Origin: Longimicrobiales bacterium
Lineage (GTDB): Bacteria > Gemmatimonadota > Gemmatimonadetes > Longimicrobiales > Gaopeijiaceae
Assembly: GCA_965116905.1 (NCBI GenBank)
Contig: OZ220732.1
Coordinates: 960,001 to 1,024,000 of the forward strand
Direction of reading: 5' to 3'
Length of the DNA: 64,000 bases
The notes beneath the pieces were generated by a model. That model searched no databases and was not told the origin of the DNA. It saw only the letters and a program-made list of their open reading frames with translations. How positions within the stretch are numbered: position 1 is the first letter of the stretch; every line of letters starts with the position of its first letter. A program made the position numbers and the translations under genes. Below, one piece after another: positions 29,722 to 39,297 of the stretch.

Positions 29722-30989
29722 TCAGGGCGATCGGGGTGGCCGTATTGGCCATGGCCGCGCTTGGTGGCGGACGGGCCGATGTCCAGGCACAGGCCGTTGC
29801 CCTCACCGGGGGGCTGGTTTATCCCATCTCATCGGAACCCGTTGAGGGTGGGACCGTGCTCATGGTGGATGGCCGGATTGCCGCGGTGGGCGCCGACGTG
29901 GACATCCCCGTGGGCGCGGAGGTCGTGGACGTGACCGGGAGCGTGGTGATGCCCGGGATTATCGACGCGATGAGCTACTACGGGATCGCGGGCGAGGACA
30001 TGAACGAGGTGCCGAATCCGCTGACGCCCGAGCTGCGGATCATCGAGGCGTTTGCGCCGTTCGGGACGTTCGGGTCGGGAGAGGCCGGCGAGATTCGGGT
30101 GCGCGAGCTGCTGTCGGGGGGCGTGACGGCGACGTACATCGGGCCGGGAGATGCGACCGTGGTCGGCGGACAGGGTGCGGTGGTGAAGACGGCCGGCGCG
30201 CGTTTTGACGACCTGATCGTGCGCGAGCCCGCGGCGATCGACATCACGCTGGGCGGCCGGCCGGCGTCGACCTACCGCGAGCAGTCGCGGTCGCCCTCGA
30301 CGCGGATGGCGGTCGTGGCGCAGCTGCGGGATCTGCTGGTGAGGACGCAGGAGTGGATGGCGACTTGGGACGCAGCGGACCCGGCCCCCCGCAACCTCGG
30401 AATGGAGGCGCTGGCACGGCTGCTCCGGGGCGAGATCCCGGCGCGTGTGCAGGCCAACGCGACGCGCGACATCCGGGTGGCGATCGAGCTGGCCGAGGAG
30501 TTCGGCTTCGAGTTGGTGATCGATGCCGGCGCGGGCGCGCACCAGATGCGCGACGAGCTGGCCAACCGCGGGATTCCGGTCGTCCTGGGCCCGATCTCGC
30601 ACCCCTACATCTCCGGCGAGGAGATTCCCGACCCCGGCGACTACGGCGGCGTCGACGAGCGCAATGCCGTGTGGCTCAACGAGGCCGGGGTGCACGTCTC
30701 CCTGGCGAGCTTCTCGCGGGGCTTCGGTCGGTTCGGTCCCGGCGTGGCCGGCCAGTGGCTGCTGATCGATGCTTCGATCGCGCGCGGGCACGGGATGAGC
30801 GAGGCCGACGTGTTGCGGGCGGTTACGCTGAATCCGGCCGAGGTGCTGGGCGTGGCCGACCGACTCGGCAGCCTGGAGGCCGGAAAGGACGCGGACGTGG
30901 TGGTGTTCGACGGCGATCCGCTGAGCATTCGGACCTGGGCGACCCGCGTGTACGTGGGCGGGCAGCTGGTCTACGAGCGAGAGAACTGA
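29718..30989 (+). CDS. Secreted amidohydrolase-fold paralogue lacking metal ligands
   Basis: ATGA overlap; PGIIDAMSY, GSLEAGKDAD. Confidence 0.85.
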   Translation: MIRAIGVAVLAMAALGGGRADVQAQAVALTGGLVYPISSEPVEGGTVLMVDGRIAAVGADVDIPVGAEVVDVTGSVVMPGIIDAMSYYGIAGEDMNEVPNPLTPELRIIEAFAPFGTFGSGEAGEIRVRELLSGGVTATYIGPGDATVVGGQGAVVKTAGARFDDLIVREPAAIDITLGGRPASTYREQSRSPSTRMAVVAQLRDLLVRTQEWMATWDAADPAPRNLGMEALARLLRGEIPARVQANATRDIRVAIELAEEFGFELVIDAGAGAHQMRDELANRGIPVVLGPISHPYISGEEIPDPGDYGGVDERNAVWLNEAGVHVSLASFSRGFGRFGPGVAGQWLLIDASIARGHGMSEADVLRAVTLNPAEVLGVADRLGSLEAGKDADVVVFDGDPLSIRTWATRVYVGGQLVYEREN

Positions 30990-30993
30990 GGGA

Positions 30994-32754
30994 GTGATGA
31001 GGAATAGAGCGAAGTTGCGGGCGCCGGCGTGCCTCGTTGCGCTTGGCGTGCCGGTCTTGCTGTGCGCCTGCGTGGAGGGCGGCGCCCCTGGCTCGGCAGG
31101 TAGCGGCCCGATGGACGTGGTCATCGAGGGCGGCCGCGTCGTGGACGGCACGGGTGCGGCCTGGTTTCATGGCGATGTCGGCATTCGCGGCGACCGGATC
31201 GCGGCGGTGACGCCTGCGGGCGGCCTGGCGGGCGTGGATGCGGGCGAGCGGATCGACGCTTCCGGGAAGGTGGTCGCGCCCGGCTTCATCGACATCCTGT
31301 CGCACGCGCGGGGCCCGTTGCTGAACGGCGACGGTCGGCTGCTGGGCAAGGTCACGCAGGGCATCACGACCGAGATCATGGGCGAGGGGTGGACGAACGC
31401 GCCGGCCAACGCGAATACCGACGCGGGTGCCGGGCTGGTCGACCCCGAGGCCCAGGGCGAGCGGCACGACTTTTCGGGTCCGAGGGGCTTCGACGCGTGG
31501 CTGAACGCGATGCTGGCCAACGGCGCGTCGCCCAACTTCGGGTCGTTCGTGGGCGCTACGACCGTGCGGGTCTACGCAATGGCCGAGGCGGCCGGGCCGG
31601 CGAGCGAGGCCCAGCTCGACTCGATGCGCAAGGCGACCCGCTGGGCGATGGAGGGCCGCGCGTTCGGCGTGGCCAGCGCCCTCATCTACCCGCCGGGCAA
31701 CTTCGCGAGCACCGAGGAGCTGGGCGAGGTCGTCGCGGCGTCGGCGCCCTATGGCGGCGTGTACATCACGCACATGCGCTCCGAGGCGGACCGGTTCCTG
31801 GAAGCGATCGACGAGGCCATCGAGATCGGGGAGCGGGGCGGCGTGCCGGTCGAGATCTACCACCTGAAGGCGGCGGGCGTGCGCAACTACCACAAGGCCG
31901 CGCTGGCGATCGCCAAGATCGATTCGGCGCGCGCGGCGGGGTTCGACGTGCAGGCCAACATGTACCCCTACACGGCGGGCGGCACCGGGTTGCCTGCGCT
32001 GCTTCCGCCCTGGGCTTCGGAGGACGGCGCGCTCCTGGACAATCTGCGCGACCCCGAAATCCGGCAGCGCATCCACGACGAGGTGCTGGCGGACACGGCG
32101 GACTGGGAGAACCTGGGCGTGCTGTCCACGCCGGAAGGCGTCATGATCACGTCGGTGGCCGAGGTGGGGCCGGACGGCGAGCCCACTGGCGCGAGTGGCT
32201 TCGTGGGCATGCGGGTCGCCGAGGTCGCGGAGCAGATGGGCGTGGACTGGGTGGACGCGGCGATCGAGGTGATCCTCATGACCGGCGGCCAGGCGGGCAT
32301 GATCGTCTTCATGATGGACGAGGCCAACGTCGCGCTGCAGCTGCGGCAGCCCTGGATCAAGATCGGGACCGACGCTTCCGGCTTCGACCCCGACAGCGCG
32401 ACCGCGATGGTCCACCCCCGGTCGTACGGCACCTATCCGCGCATCCTGGGCAAGTATGTGCGGGATGAAGGCGTGATCACCCTGGAGGATGCCATCCGCA
32501 AGATGACGTCCGCGGTTGCCACGCGGCTTTCGATCCAGGACCGCGGCCTCATCAGGGTGGGGATGTATGCGGACGTGGTCGTCTTCGACCCCGGGACCGT
32601 GGCAGACCGGGCCACCTTCGAGGATCCGCACCAGCTCTCGGTCGGCGTCGAGGAGGTGTTCGTGAACGGGGTGGCGGTGTTGCGCGGTGGAGAGCATACG
32701 GGCGCGAAGCCGGGGCGGATCGTGAGAGGGCCCGGGTACAGGCCTGCCGGCTGA
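30994..32754 (+). CDS. N-acyl-D-amino-acid deacylase (D-aminoacylase) lipoprotein
   Basis: GKVTQGITTE, YITHMRSE, YPYTAG, IGTDA, HPRSYGTYPR. Confidence 0.9.
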   Translation: MMRNRAKLRAPACLVALGVPVLLCACVEGGAPGSAGSGPMDVVIEGGRVVDGTGAAWFHGDVGIRGDRIAAVTPAGGLAGVDAGERIDASGKVVAPGFIDILSHARGPLLNGDGRLLGKVTQGITTEIMGEGWTNAPANANTDAGAGLVDPEAQGERHDFSGPRGFDAWLNAMLANGASPNFGSFVGATTVRVYAMAEAAGPASEAQLDSMRKATRWAMEGRAFGVASALIYPPGNFASTEELGEVVAASAPYGGVYITHMRSEADRFLEAIDEAIEIGERGGVPVEIYHLKAAGVRNYHKAALAIAKIDSARAAGFDVQANMYPYTAGGTGLPALLPPWASEDGALLDNLRDPEIRQRIHDEVLADTADWENLGVLSTPEGVMITSVAEVGPDGEPTGASGFVGMRVAEVAEQMGVDWVDAAIEVILMTGGQAGMIVFMMDEANVALQLRQPWIKIGTDASGFDPDSATAMVHPRSYGTYPRILGKYVRDEGVITLEDAIRKMTSAVATRLSIQDRGLIRVGMYADVVVFDPGTVADRATFEDPHQLSVGVEEVFVNGVAVLRGGEHTGAKPGRIVRGPGYRPAG

Positions 32755-32767
32755 TGGATTTCTTCTC

Positions 32768-34003
32768 ATGCGGGTAGGCGTCGTGGGCGGTGGGGTAATC
32801 GGCCTCTGCACCGCCTGGTACCTGAAGGAGCTCGGCGCGGATCCGGTCGTGATCGAGTCCGCGACCCTCGGCGACGGCTGCTCGTTCGGCAACGCGGGTT
32901 GGGTCTGCCCGTCGATCTCGAGTCCCCTGCCCGCGCCCGGCCTCACGCTCAAGTCACTCTCCTGGATGCTGCGGCGGGACAGCCCGCTGTACATCAAGCC
33001 CACCGCGCTGCCCGGTCTGGCCCCGTGGCTGCTGCGCTTCCGTTCGTTCTGCAACCACGCGGATCAGAAGCGCGGGATCGAGGCTATCGCCGGGCTCAAC
33101 CGGTTCACGATGGAGCGCTACGACGAGTTGGCCGCCGCCGGCGTGGAGTTCGAATGCCACGAATCGGGCGTGCTGATGGTCTTCCGCGACTCCGACAAGG
33201 CCGCGGCGGCCGAGAAGGAGGTCAAGCTGGTCACCGCGGCCAGCGCGACGAGCTGCACCGATCTGACCGAGGCCGAGGTGTACGAGCGGGAACCCATGCT
33301 GCGTCCCGGGTTCCGGTTCGGGCTCTTCGTCGGCGCGGATCGGCACGTGCGGCCCGATTCGCTGACGGCGGGGCTGGGTGCGGCATTGCGTGAAGGCGGG
33401 GCCGAGATTCACGAGCGGACCCGCGTGACCGGATTCCGGGACCAGGGACGGCGCGTGCGCGGGATCGTGACCACGAAGGGCGAACTGGGAGTCGACGCGG
33501 TGGTGCTGGCCGCGGGCGCGCGCACCGGGACCCTCACACGCATGGCGGGGTGGCCAATCCCGCTGACCGCCGGAAAGGGCTACTCGGTCACGATCGACGA
33601 GCCCAGGAACCAGCTCCGCCAGCCGCTCTACCTGGGGGGCGCCAAGATCGGCCTGACGCCCTTCCGGGGCGCGCTCCGGTTCTCGGGAACGATGGAGCTG
33701 TCCGGGATCAACCGGCGCATGGATGTGGGACGGATCCGGTCGCTCCGGCGCATTGTCGGGCGCGAGGTGGACATCCCGGAAGCGGCGTACGGAGGCCGTG
33801 AATGGGTGGGGATGCGCCCGGTCGTGCCGGACTCGCTCCCCGTGATGGGAAAGTTGCCGTCGCGCGACAACATGTACGTGAACACCGGCCACCAGATGCT
33901 GGGCGTGACGCTCGCCGCGAGCAGTGGTTGGGCGCTCGCGGGGCTGATGCTGGAGGGGAAGCCGGGGGTGGGGCTGGAGGCGTTCTCGCCGGAGCGGTTC
34001 TGA
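32768..34003 (+). CDS. D-amino-acid dehydrogenase-like FAD oxidoreductase
   Basis: GGGVIG, CSFGNAG, GKGYS, WVGMRP, NTGHQMLG. Confidence 0.9.
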   Translation: MRVGVVGGGVIGLCTAWYLKELGADPVVIESATLGDGCSFGNAGWVCPSISSPLPAPGLTLKSLSWMLRRDSPLYIKPTALPGLAPWLLRFRSFCNHADQKRGIEAIAGLNRFTMERYDELAAAGVEFECHESGVLMVFRDSDKAAAAEKEVKLVTAASATSCTDLTEAEVYEREPMLRPGFRFGLFVGADRHVRPDSLTAGLGAALREGGAEIHERTRVTGFRDQGRRVRGIVTTKGELGVDAVVLAAGARTGTLTRMAGWPIPLTAGKGYSVTIDEPRNQLRQPLYLGGAKIGLTPFRGALRFSGTMELSGINRRMDVGRIRSLRRIVGREVDIPEAAYGGREWVGMRPVVPDSLPVMGKLPSRDNMYVNTGHQMLGVTLAASSGWALAGLMLEGKPGVGLEAFSPERF

Positions 34004-34085
34004 GGAGCGATTCCGTCGCGCCGGGTTGCGACTCGGGGCCGCCCAAGCGTAGAGTGCTGAAGGCCCGTATCCGACTCGGCCCATC

Positions 34086-34538
34086 ATGACAGGAGTTGTC
34101 CGGATGAAGAAGGAAGGGAAGGACCTGGGATTCATGGCACTGATCGCCGGCTCAGGCGCCGTGGGCGTTCTGGCGACCCTGTTCGCAGTCGTGGTGACCC
34201 GCGGGCCGGCGCCCCCACCTGCCCCGGCGGCCCCACCCGCGCCGGCCTCGGCACCCGTGCAGGTCGAAGTGAGGCAGCAGGCGGTCGAGAATGTGTCGGA
34301 GCGCGTGCCAATGATCAGGATCCGCGGCTCGGCGTCCCTTGGGATGCGCGCCGAACCGATCGTCTATATCGATGGCGTCCGCGTCAATGGTGACAGAAGC
34401 GGGTTGTCGAAGCTGGTCAGTCCCGACCAGATCGACCGTATCGAGGTGATCAAGGGTGACGCCGCGAAGGAGCGTTACGGCAGCGAGGCCGCGAACGGCG
34501 TGATCCAGATCGTCACGAAGCCCAAAGAGGGTTCCTAG
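34086..34538 (+). CDS. Membrane-anchored TonB plug-like domain protein
   Basis: TM helix, Pro-rich linker, IRIRG...PIVYIDG...IDRIEVIKG...YGSEAANGVIQIVTK; no barrel. Confidence 0.8.
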   Translation: MTGVVRMKKEGKDLGFMALIAGSGAVGVLATLFAVVVTRGPAPPPAPAAPPAPASAPVQVEVRQQAVENVSERVPMIRIRGSASLGMRAEPIVYIDGVRVNGDRSGLSKLVSPDQIDRIEVIKGDAAKERYGSEAANGVIQIVTKPKEGS

Positions 34539-35677
34539 GGGCCTGCGGGCTCCTGGCGACCTCCCGCCAGTGGCAGCACCTCGTTCACCAGGGTCATCAG
34601 CATTCGGCCCGGCTCTTCGAACATGATCATGTGTGAGCTGCGTTCGAAGGTCACGAACCGTTTGTGGGGGGCGTCGATGCGGTTGAAGTAGTCGAGGGCG
34701 CTCTCGTACGGCGTGTGCAGGTCGAAGCGGCCGTGGAGCATGACCACGGGGACTTCGAAGCGCTCGACCATCCCGCTTCGCCGGGATTCCGGTGCACCGT
34801 CGATCAGGTGCCGCTCGGCCCACGCCATCGCCGGGAGGAGGCTCGCCACCTCGTCCTCGGTGTACTCGGGTCCCCACTCGGGGAGTGCGAAGTACAGGTC
34901 GAAGGTGGGCTTCCCGTACCAGCCGCCGTCGTACTCGCGGGCCCATTTGCGGGCGGCCAGGAGCTTGGCGACGGCGCCGGTGCCCGGCGGCGGCGGGTAG
35001 GGCTGGAGGGCCTCCAGTTCGCGGATCGCGACCGTGTCGTTGGCCGCGCGGACGCGCTCCATGAGCGTGGAATAGAGTTGCGCCTCGCTGCCCGGACCTC
35101 CCGATTGGCCGAGCCCTACGTACGCGTGAATCCGGTCCGGATGCTGGTCGACTAGGCGGGGGCCGATCGAGCTTCCGTAGGAGTATCCGAGCACCACGAG
35201 CTTCTCCTGTCCGAACCGGGACAGCAGGCGTTCGACGACCACCAGGGCGTCGTCCACGTGCTGCTGGAGGGTCAGCGTCGGCGCGAGCCGGGCGGAATCC
35301 GCGGCGGCGAAGCTCTTGCCCACGCCCCGCCGGTCCCAGTTGACCACCGTGAAGAAGTCTTCCCACGGCTTCTGGTATGCCCACGCCATCCCCATGACCG
35401 GGCTGCCGGGTCCGCCGTGGAGCACGAGGAGGATCGGATTGGCGCGGTTCAGGCCACGGATCGAGATCCACTGGGTCGAGCCGTTGACCTCGATCGGCTC
35501 CAGGACCTCGACCCCTTCCGGTGTGTGGATCGCTCGCAGGTCGGCCAGGCGGGCGGTGATCGAGTCCCTGGGCATGGCGGTGCTCGGGGCCGGGGCGTCG
35601 CAAGCGGCAGCCAGGAGCGCGAGTGCGAGAATGGCGAAGGAAACAGGTCCGGATCTGACGGCTGCTGGCAGGCTCAT
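34535..35677 (-). CDS. Alpha/beta hydrolase lipoprotein (proline iminopeptidase-like)
   Basis: HGGPG, WDRRGVGKS, GYSYG, SSH. Confidence 0.88.
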   Translation of the reverse strand: MSLPAAVRSGPVSFAILALALLAAACDAPAPSTAMPRDSITARLADLRAIHTPEGVEVLEPIEVNGSTQWISIRGLNRANPILLVLHGGPGSPVMGMAWAYQKPWEDFFTVVNWDRRGVGKSFAAADSARLAPTLTLQQHVDDALVVVERLLSRFGQEKLVVLGYSYGSSIGPRLVDQHPDRIHAYVGLGQSGGPGSEAQLYSTLMERVRAANDTVAIRELEALQPYPPPPGTGAVAKLLAARKWAREYDGGWYGKPTFDLYFALPEWGPEYTEDEVASLLPAMAWAERHLIDGAPESRRSGMVERFEVPVVMLHGRFDLHTPYESALDYFNRIDAPHKRFVTFERSSHMIMFEEPGRMLMTLVNEVLPLAGGRQEPAGP

Positions 35678-35777
35678 GGCAGACTTCCTTCGCGCCTGGT
35701 CGGGCGTTCGTTCTCTCGGGCGGCCAGCCCCGGCGTGACCGACTGGCGCGCCCGGCGGCTCCGTTGCCTAATGGATG

Positions 35778-36030
35778 TCAGGTATGGGACACTACACCAG
35801 GCACGGCCGCCCGCTCGGCCACGATGATCTCGCTGGCGCGGACACCTCCGGTCAGCCGGGCTGCCGGTACACCCAGAAAGCGCTCGACATCAAGAGGTTT
35901 ACGAGGCGGGGCCGCAACGCCCCGACTCAGCAATTCGGCTACGGCGGGGTCTGCGCCGGGACCGTCAACGCGACAGGGCTCGATTCTCATCTGACCATAA
36001 TGACCAGGTCGATCTGGTGTAACAAGCGTC
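35778..36030 (-). pseudogene. Possible degenerate Phd-type antitoxin remnant
   Basis: TLVTPDRPGHYGQMRIEP...ELLSRGVAAPPRKPLD...ASEIIVAER loosely resembles the middle and C-terminus of Phd antitoxins; no N-terminal motif or toxin seen. Confidence 0.3.
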
Positions 36031-36097
36031 GAGCGTGTGGCCGCTGGGCCAGCATTCGCGGCCCCGCGCGAGCGCCTGTCATGGGAAAGGACACAAG

Positions 36098-37369
36098 ATG
36101 ATCGACGCACAGGCGAACAACTCCATACTCCGCTCAGCGGGGCTGCACCTCGCGGGCCTGGGCATTCTTGTCGCCGCGGCCTGCGGCCCGGCGGCGGATT
36201 CGAGCGGGGACCCGGCGGCCGAATCTCAGCCCTCGCTGTCCCCGCCAGCGGCCTCGGCGCTCGCCGAGCGCTTTCAGGCCGAACTCGACGCGGCGTGGGC
36301 TCAGGCGCAGGATACCGACGAGAACTTCCCCGGGGCGACCGCGGCGTTCATTCTCCCGGATGGCAGCGTCCAAGGCTTCGCAACCGGCGAGTCGGACATG
36401 GACGACGACATCCCGATGACCCCGGACCTGCGCATGCCGTCGGGCAGCATCGGCAAGACGTACGTCGCGGCGGTCGCCCTGCGGCTGGCGATGAATGGGG
36501 AAATGGGCCTCGACACGCCGGTCTCGACCTGGCTCGGCGGCGAGGACTGGTTCTCGCGGGTCCCCAATCACGCGGACCTGACACTGCGCAACCTGCTCAG
36601 CCATACGGCGGGCATGATCCAGCCGTACTTCGAGGACCCCGACTTCGCGGCCCGGCTGGCCGAGTTCTTCGGCGACCCCGACGCCTACATGACCCCGGAG
36701 CAGTTCATCGCCGAGGCGGTGCTGGACGCCGAGCCGCTCTTCCCCGCGGGCGAGGGTTACCACTACAGCGACGTCCACTACACGCTGGCGGGCCTGGCGA
36801 TCGAGGCGGCGACGGGCCGCGACTACTACGACCTGCTCGACGAGATGTTCCTGGATCCGTTCGGTCTCGACCTGACCCTGCCTGCCGATCGGCGCGACCT
36901 GCCCGGGCTGGCGCAGGGCTACGCGCACGCGAGCGTCCGGCTCTTCGACACGCCGCTCGAGATCGTGGTCGACGGCCAGCTGGTGGTCCACCCGCTGCAG
37001 GAGTGGACGGGGGGCGGCGTCGTGAACAACCCGCAGGCGCTGGTGCGCTGGGCGAAGCTGCTATACGAGGGTGATGCGATCGAAGGGGACGACCTGCCCG
37101 ACCTGTTCCGGATCGGGTTTCCGACCGACGACACGAAGCCGCATCTGGGGTATGGGCTGGGGGTGGCCGTCGCCGAGAGCGAGCACGGGCTGACCTACGG
37201 CCACGGGGGCTTCTTTCCCGGGTACAATTCGCTGGTCACGTACTATGCCGACCATGGCGTCGCGGTGGCGATCCAGATCAATTCGGACGATTCACGGATG
37301 GGCGACCACCTGCCGAAGCTGGCGGACGTGGTGATCGAGGCGCTGACGCCCCCTCAACCAGCGTACTGA
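36098..37369 (+). CDS. Serine hydrolase lipoprotein (beta-lactamase/D-Ala-D-Ala carboxypeptidase fold)
   Basis: SIGK, LLSHTAG, YSD, HGG. Confidence 0.9.
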   Translation: MIDAQANNSILRSAGLHLAGLGILVAAACGPAADSSGDPAAESQPSLSPPAASALAERFQAELDAAWAQAQDTDENFPGATAAFILPDGSVQGFATGESDMDDDIPMTPDLRMPSGSIGKTYVAAVALRLAMNGEMGLDTPVSTWLGGEDWFSRVPNHADLTLRNLLSHTAGMIQPYFEDPDFAARLAEFFGDPDAYMTPEQFIAEAVLDAEPLFPAGEGYHYSDVHYTLAGLAIEAATGRDYYDLLDEMFLDPFGLDLTLPADRRDLPGLAQGYAHASVRLFDTPLEIVVDGQLVVHPLQEWTGGGVVNNPQALVRWAKLLYEGDAIEGDDLPDLFRIGFPTDDTKPHLGYGLGVAVAESEHGLTYGHGGFFPGYNSLVTYYADHGVAVAIQINSDDSRMGDHLPKLADVVIEALTPPQPAY

Positions 37370-37371
37370 AC

Positions 37372-39267
37372 ATGTCAATACGTAGAATACATAAAATACG
37401 TAAAATACGCATTTTGACCTGGGTCGTCGTCGGATCGCTGCTGGCGCCGGGAGTCGCTGGAGCGGTCCAGGCCCGGCAGACGGACGTTCAGCGCCGCATT
37501 GTGGTGAGCCCGGATTACCTGGTGAGCAGGGACGGGGACCGGCCACACGTCGAGATCATGGCGGCCGCGAACCCTCGCAACGCGCGCAACCTGCTCGCGG
37601 GCGCGATCACGTTCACGCGGCGCGACGGGGGCAGCGCGACCAAGGCCTATGTGAGCCGGGACGGCGGCATCGTCTGGGACGACATCATCTTCCCGGAGCA
37701 GCGCGAAATGGGGGGAGCCGATCCGCAAGTGGCGTTCACCGCAGCGGGGACGGCGCTCTTTCTCACCCTCAATACGGCACCCGATGAGACCGGCCGTACG
37801 CGCGCGTTTCTGCACTCGTACCGTTCAGAGGACGAAGGCGTGACTTGGTCGGATGTGTACAACCTGGGCGCGTCCTACGACCACCCCATGCTGGTGGCCG
37901 ACCAGACGACGGGTCCGTTCGCGGGGCGGGTGTACGTGAGCGTGCTGTACGGGGGCCTCAAGTACAGCTTGGGCGTGTTCCGCTCGGAGGACGACGGCCG
38001 AAGCTGGATCGGGCCGGTGAAGTTCATCGACGGCGCGGGGGAGCGCGGGCTGAACGTGGATCCGATGGTCGTGTTTGCCGACGGAGCGATCATGGTGCCG
38101 TTCGTCGACTTTCCGTTTACGCCGGAGCAGACGGCCGAGTGGGACGGGTCGCGGATCTGGACGGTGGTGTCGACCGACGGTGGGGTGACGTTTTCCGAGC
38201 CCCGGGCGGGGCCCTTGAAGATGACCGGGGACGAGTTGCGCGGGGCGAGGGAGGGTCTCGAGCGGTTTCGCGGCGGGTCGTGGGTGATGTACGCCGTGGA
38301 TCGGAGCGAGCGGTATCGGGACCGCGTCTACGCGGTGTGGCCGGACTACTCGGGGGGGCTGCCGCGGGTAGTGCTGGCGAGGACGGATGATCGGGGGTCG
38401 ACCTGGAGCGAGCCGACGTCGGTGGCGCCTGACGCGACCCGGGGTGTACAGCAGTTCCAGGCCGCCGTGGCCGTCAATCGGGACGGGGTTCTGGGGGTGA
38501 CCTGGTACGACACGCGCGAGGCGCCGTCGGAGTTCGCGTTTCATCAGTATTTCGCGGCGTCGTTCGACGGTGGCGGGACGTTCACGGCGCCGCAACGGGT
38601 TTCGAGCGCGCTCTCGCGGCCCATGGGCGCGGGGAACCTGCTGCCGGCCCCGGCGACCTTCAGCGGACCGGAGGGAGAGCTGCGGGTCGCGCTGCTGTCG
38701 GCGGCTTCGCGCTGGGTGAACGGCGGCGACTACATGGGGCTCACCGCGTCGGCCGACGGGCACTTTCATCCGGTGTGGGCGGACGCGCGGTCGGGCACCT
38801 ACCAGGTGTACACGGCGGAGGTTCGGATCGAGGAGGGGGCGGCGGTGGCGGGTGAGCTGACGCATGGCGGGCCCGCGGTGGGCGAGCCGGTCGACGTCAC
38901 CGGCCGGATCGAGCTGGTGAACGATCCCGGTGCCTATGACGCGGAGACGGGCGTGCTCGACCTGTGGATCCGGTTGAAGAATGTGTCCGCCACACCGATC
39001 GCGGGACCGATCGAGGTCGAGATCCGGAAGTTCGGGAGCGGCATGGACGACACGTTCGCCGAGCTCGCTCCGGAGGTCCTGAACGCGGACAACGGGATGA
39101 GGGGCGGTGGAGCGCGGTTCGTGTATGATGACGCCCTGGGTACCGAGGGCGTGCTCCCGCCCGGCGGTGTGAGCGGCGCGATGCTGTGGCGGCTCAGGCT
39201 GGTGGAGCCGATTCGCGTCCCCAATCTCCACGTGTATGTGACGGGGCGGGAGGTGGCGACACGCTGA
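37372..39267 (+). CDS. Secreted BNR/Asp-box (sialidase-like) protein
   Basis: Repeated SxDxGxTW Asp boxes, GDYMGL. Confidence 0.85.
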   Translation: MSIRRIHKIRKIRILTWVVVGSLLAPGVAGAVQARQTDVQRRIVVSPDYLVSRDGDRPHVEIMAAANPRNARNLLAGAITFTRRDGGSATKAYVSRDGGIVWDDIIFPEQREMGGADPQVAFTAAGTALFLTLNTAPDETGRTRAFLHSYRSEDEGVTWSDVYNLGASYDHPMLVADQTTGPFAGRVYVSVLYGGLKYSLGVFRSEDDGRSWIGPVKFIDGAGERGLNVDPMVVFADGAIMVPFVDFPFTPEQTAEWDGSRIWTVVSTDGGVTFSEPRAGPLKMTGDELRGAREGLERFRGGSWVMYAVDRSERYRDRVYAVWPDYSGGLPRVVLARTDDRGSTWSEPTSVAPDATRGVQQFQAAVAVNRDGVLGVTWYDTREAPSEFAFHQYFAASFDGGGTFTAPQRVSSALSRPMGAGNLLPAPATFSGPEGELRVALLSAASRWVNGGDYMGLTASADGHFHPVWADARSGTYQVYTAEVRIEEGAAVAGELTHGGPAVGEPVDVTGRIELVNDPGAYDAETGVLDLWIRLKNVSATPIAGPIEVEIRKFGSGMDDTFAELAPEVLNADNGMRGGGARFVYDDALGTEGVLPPGGVSGAMLWRLRLVEPIRVPNLHVYVTGREVATR

Positions 39268-39297
39268 CCGGTCGCGCGGCCTCTGGACCCCGGACGC

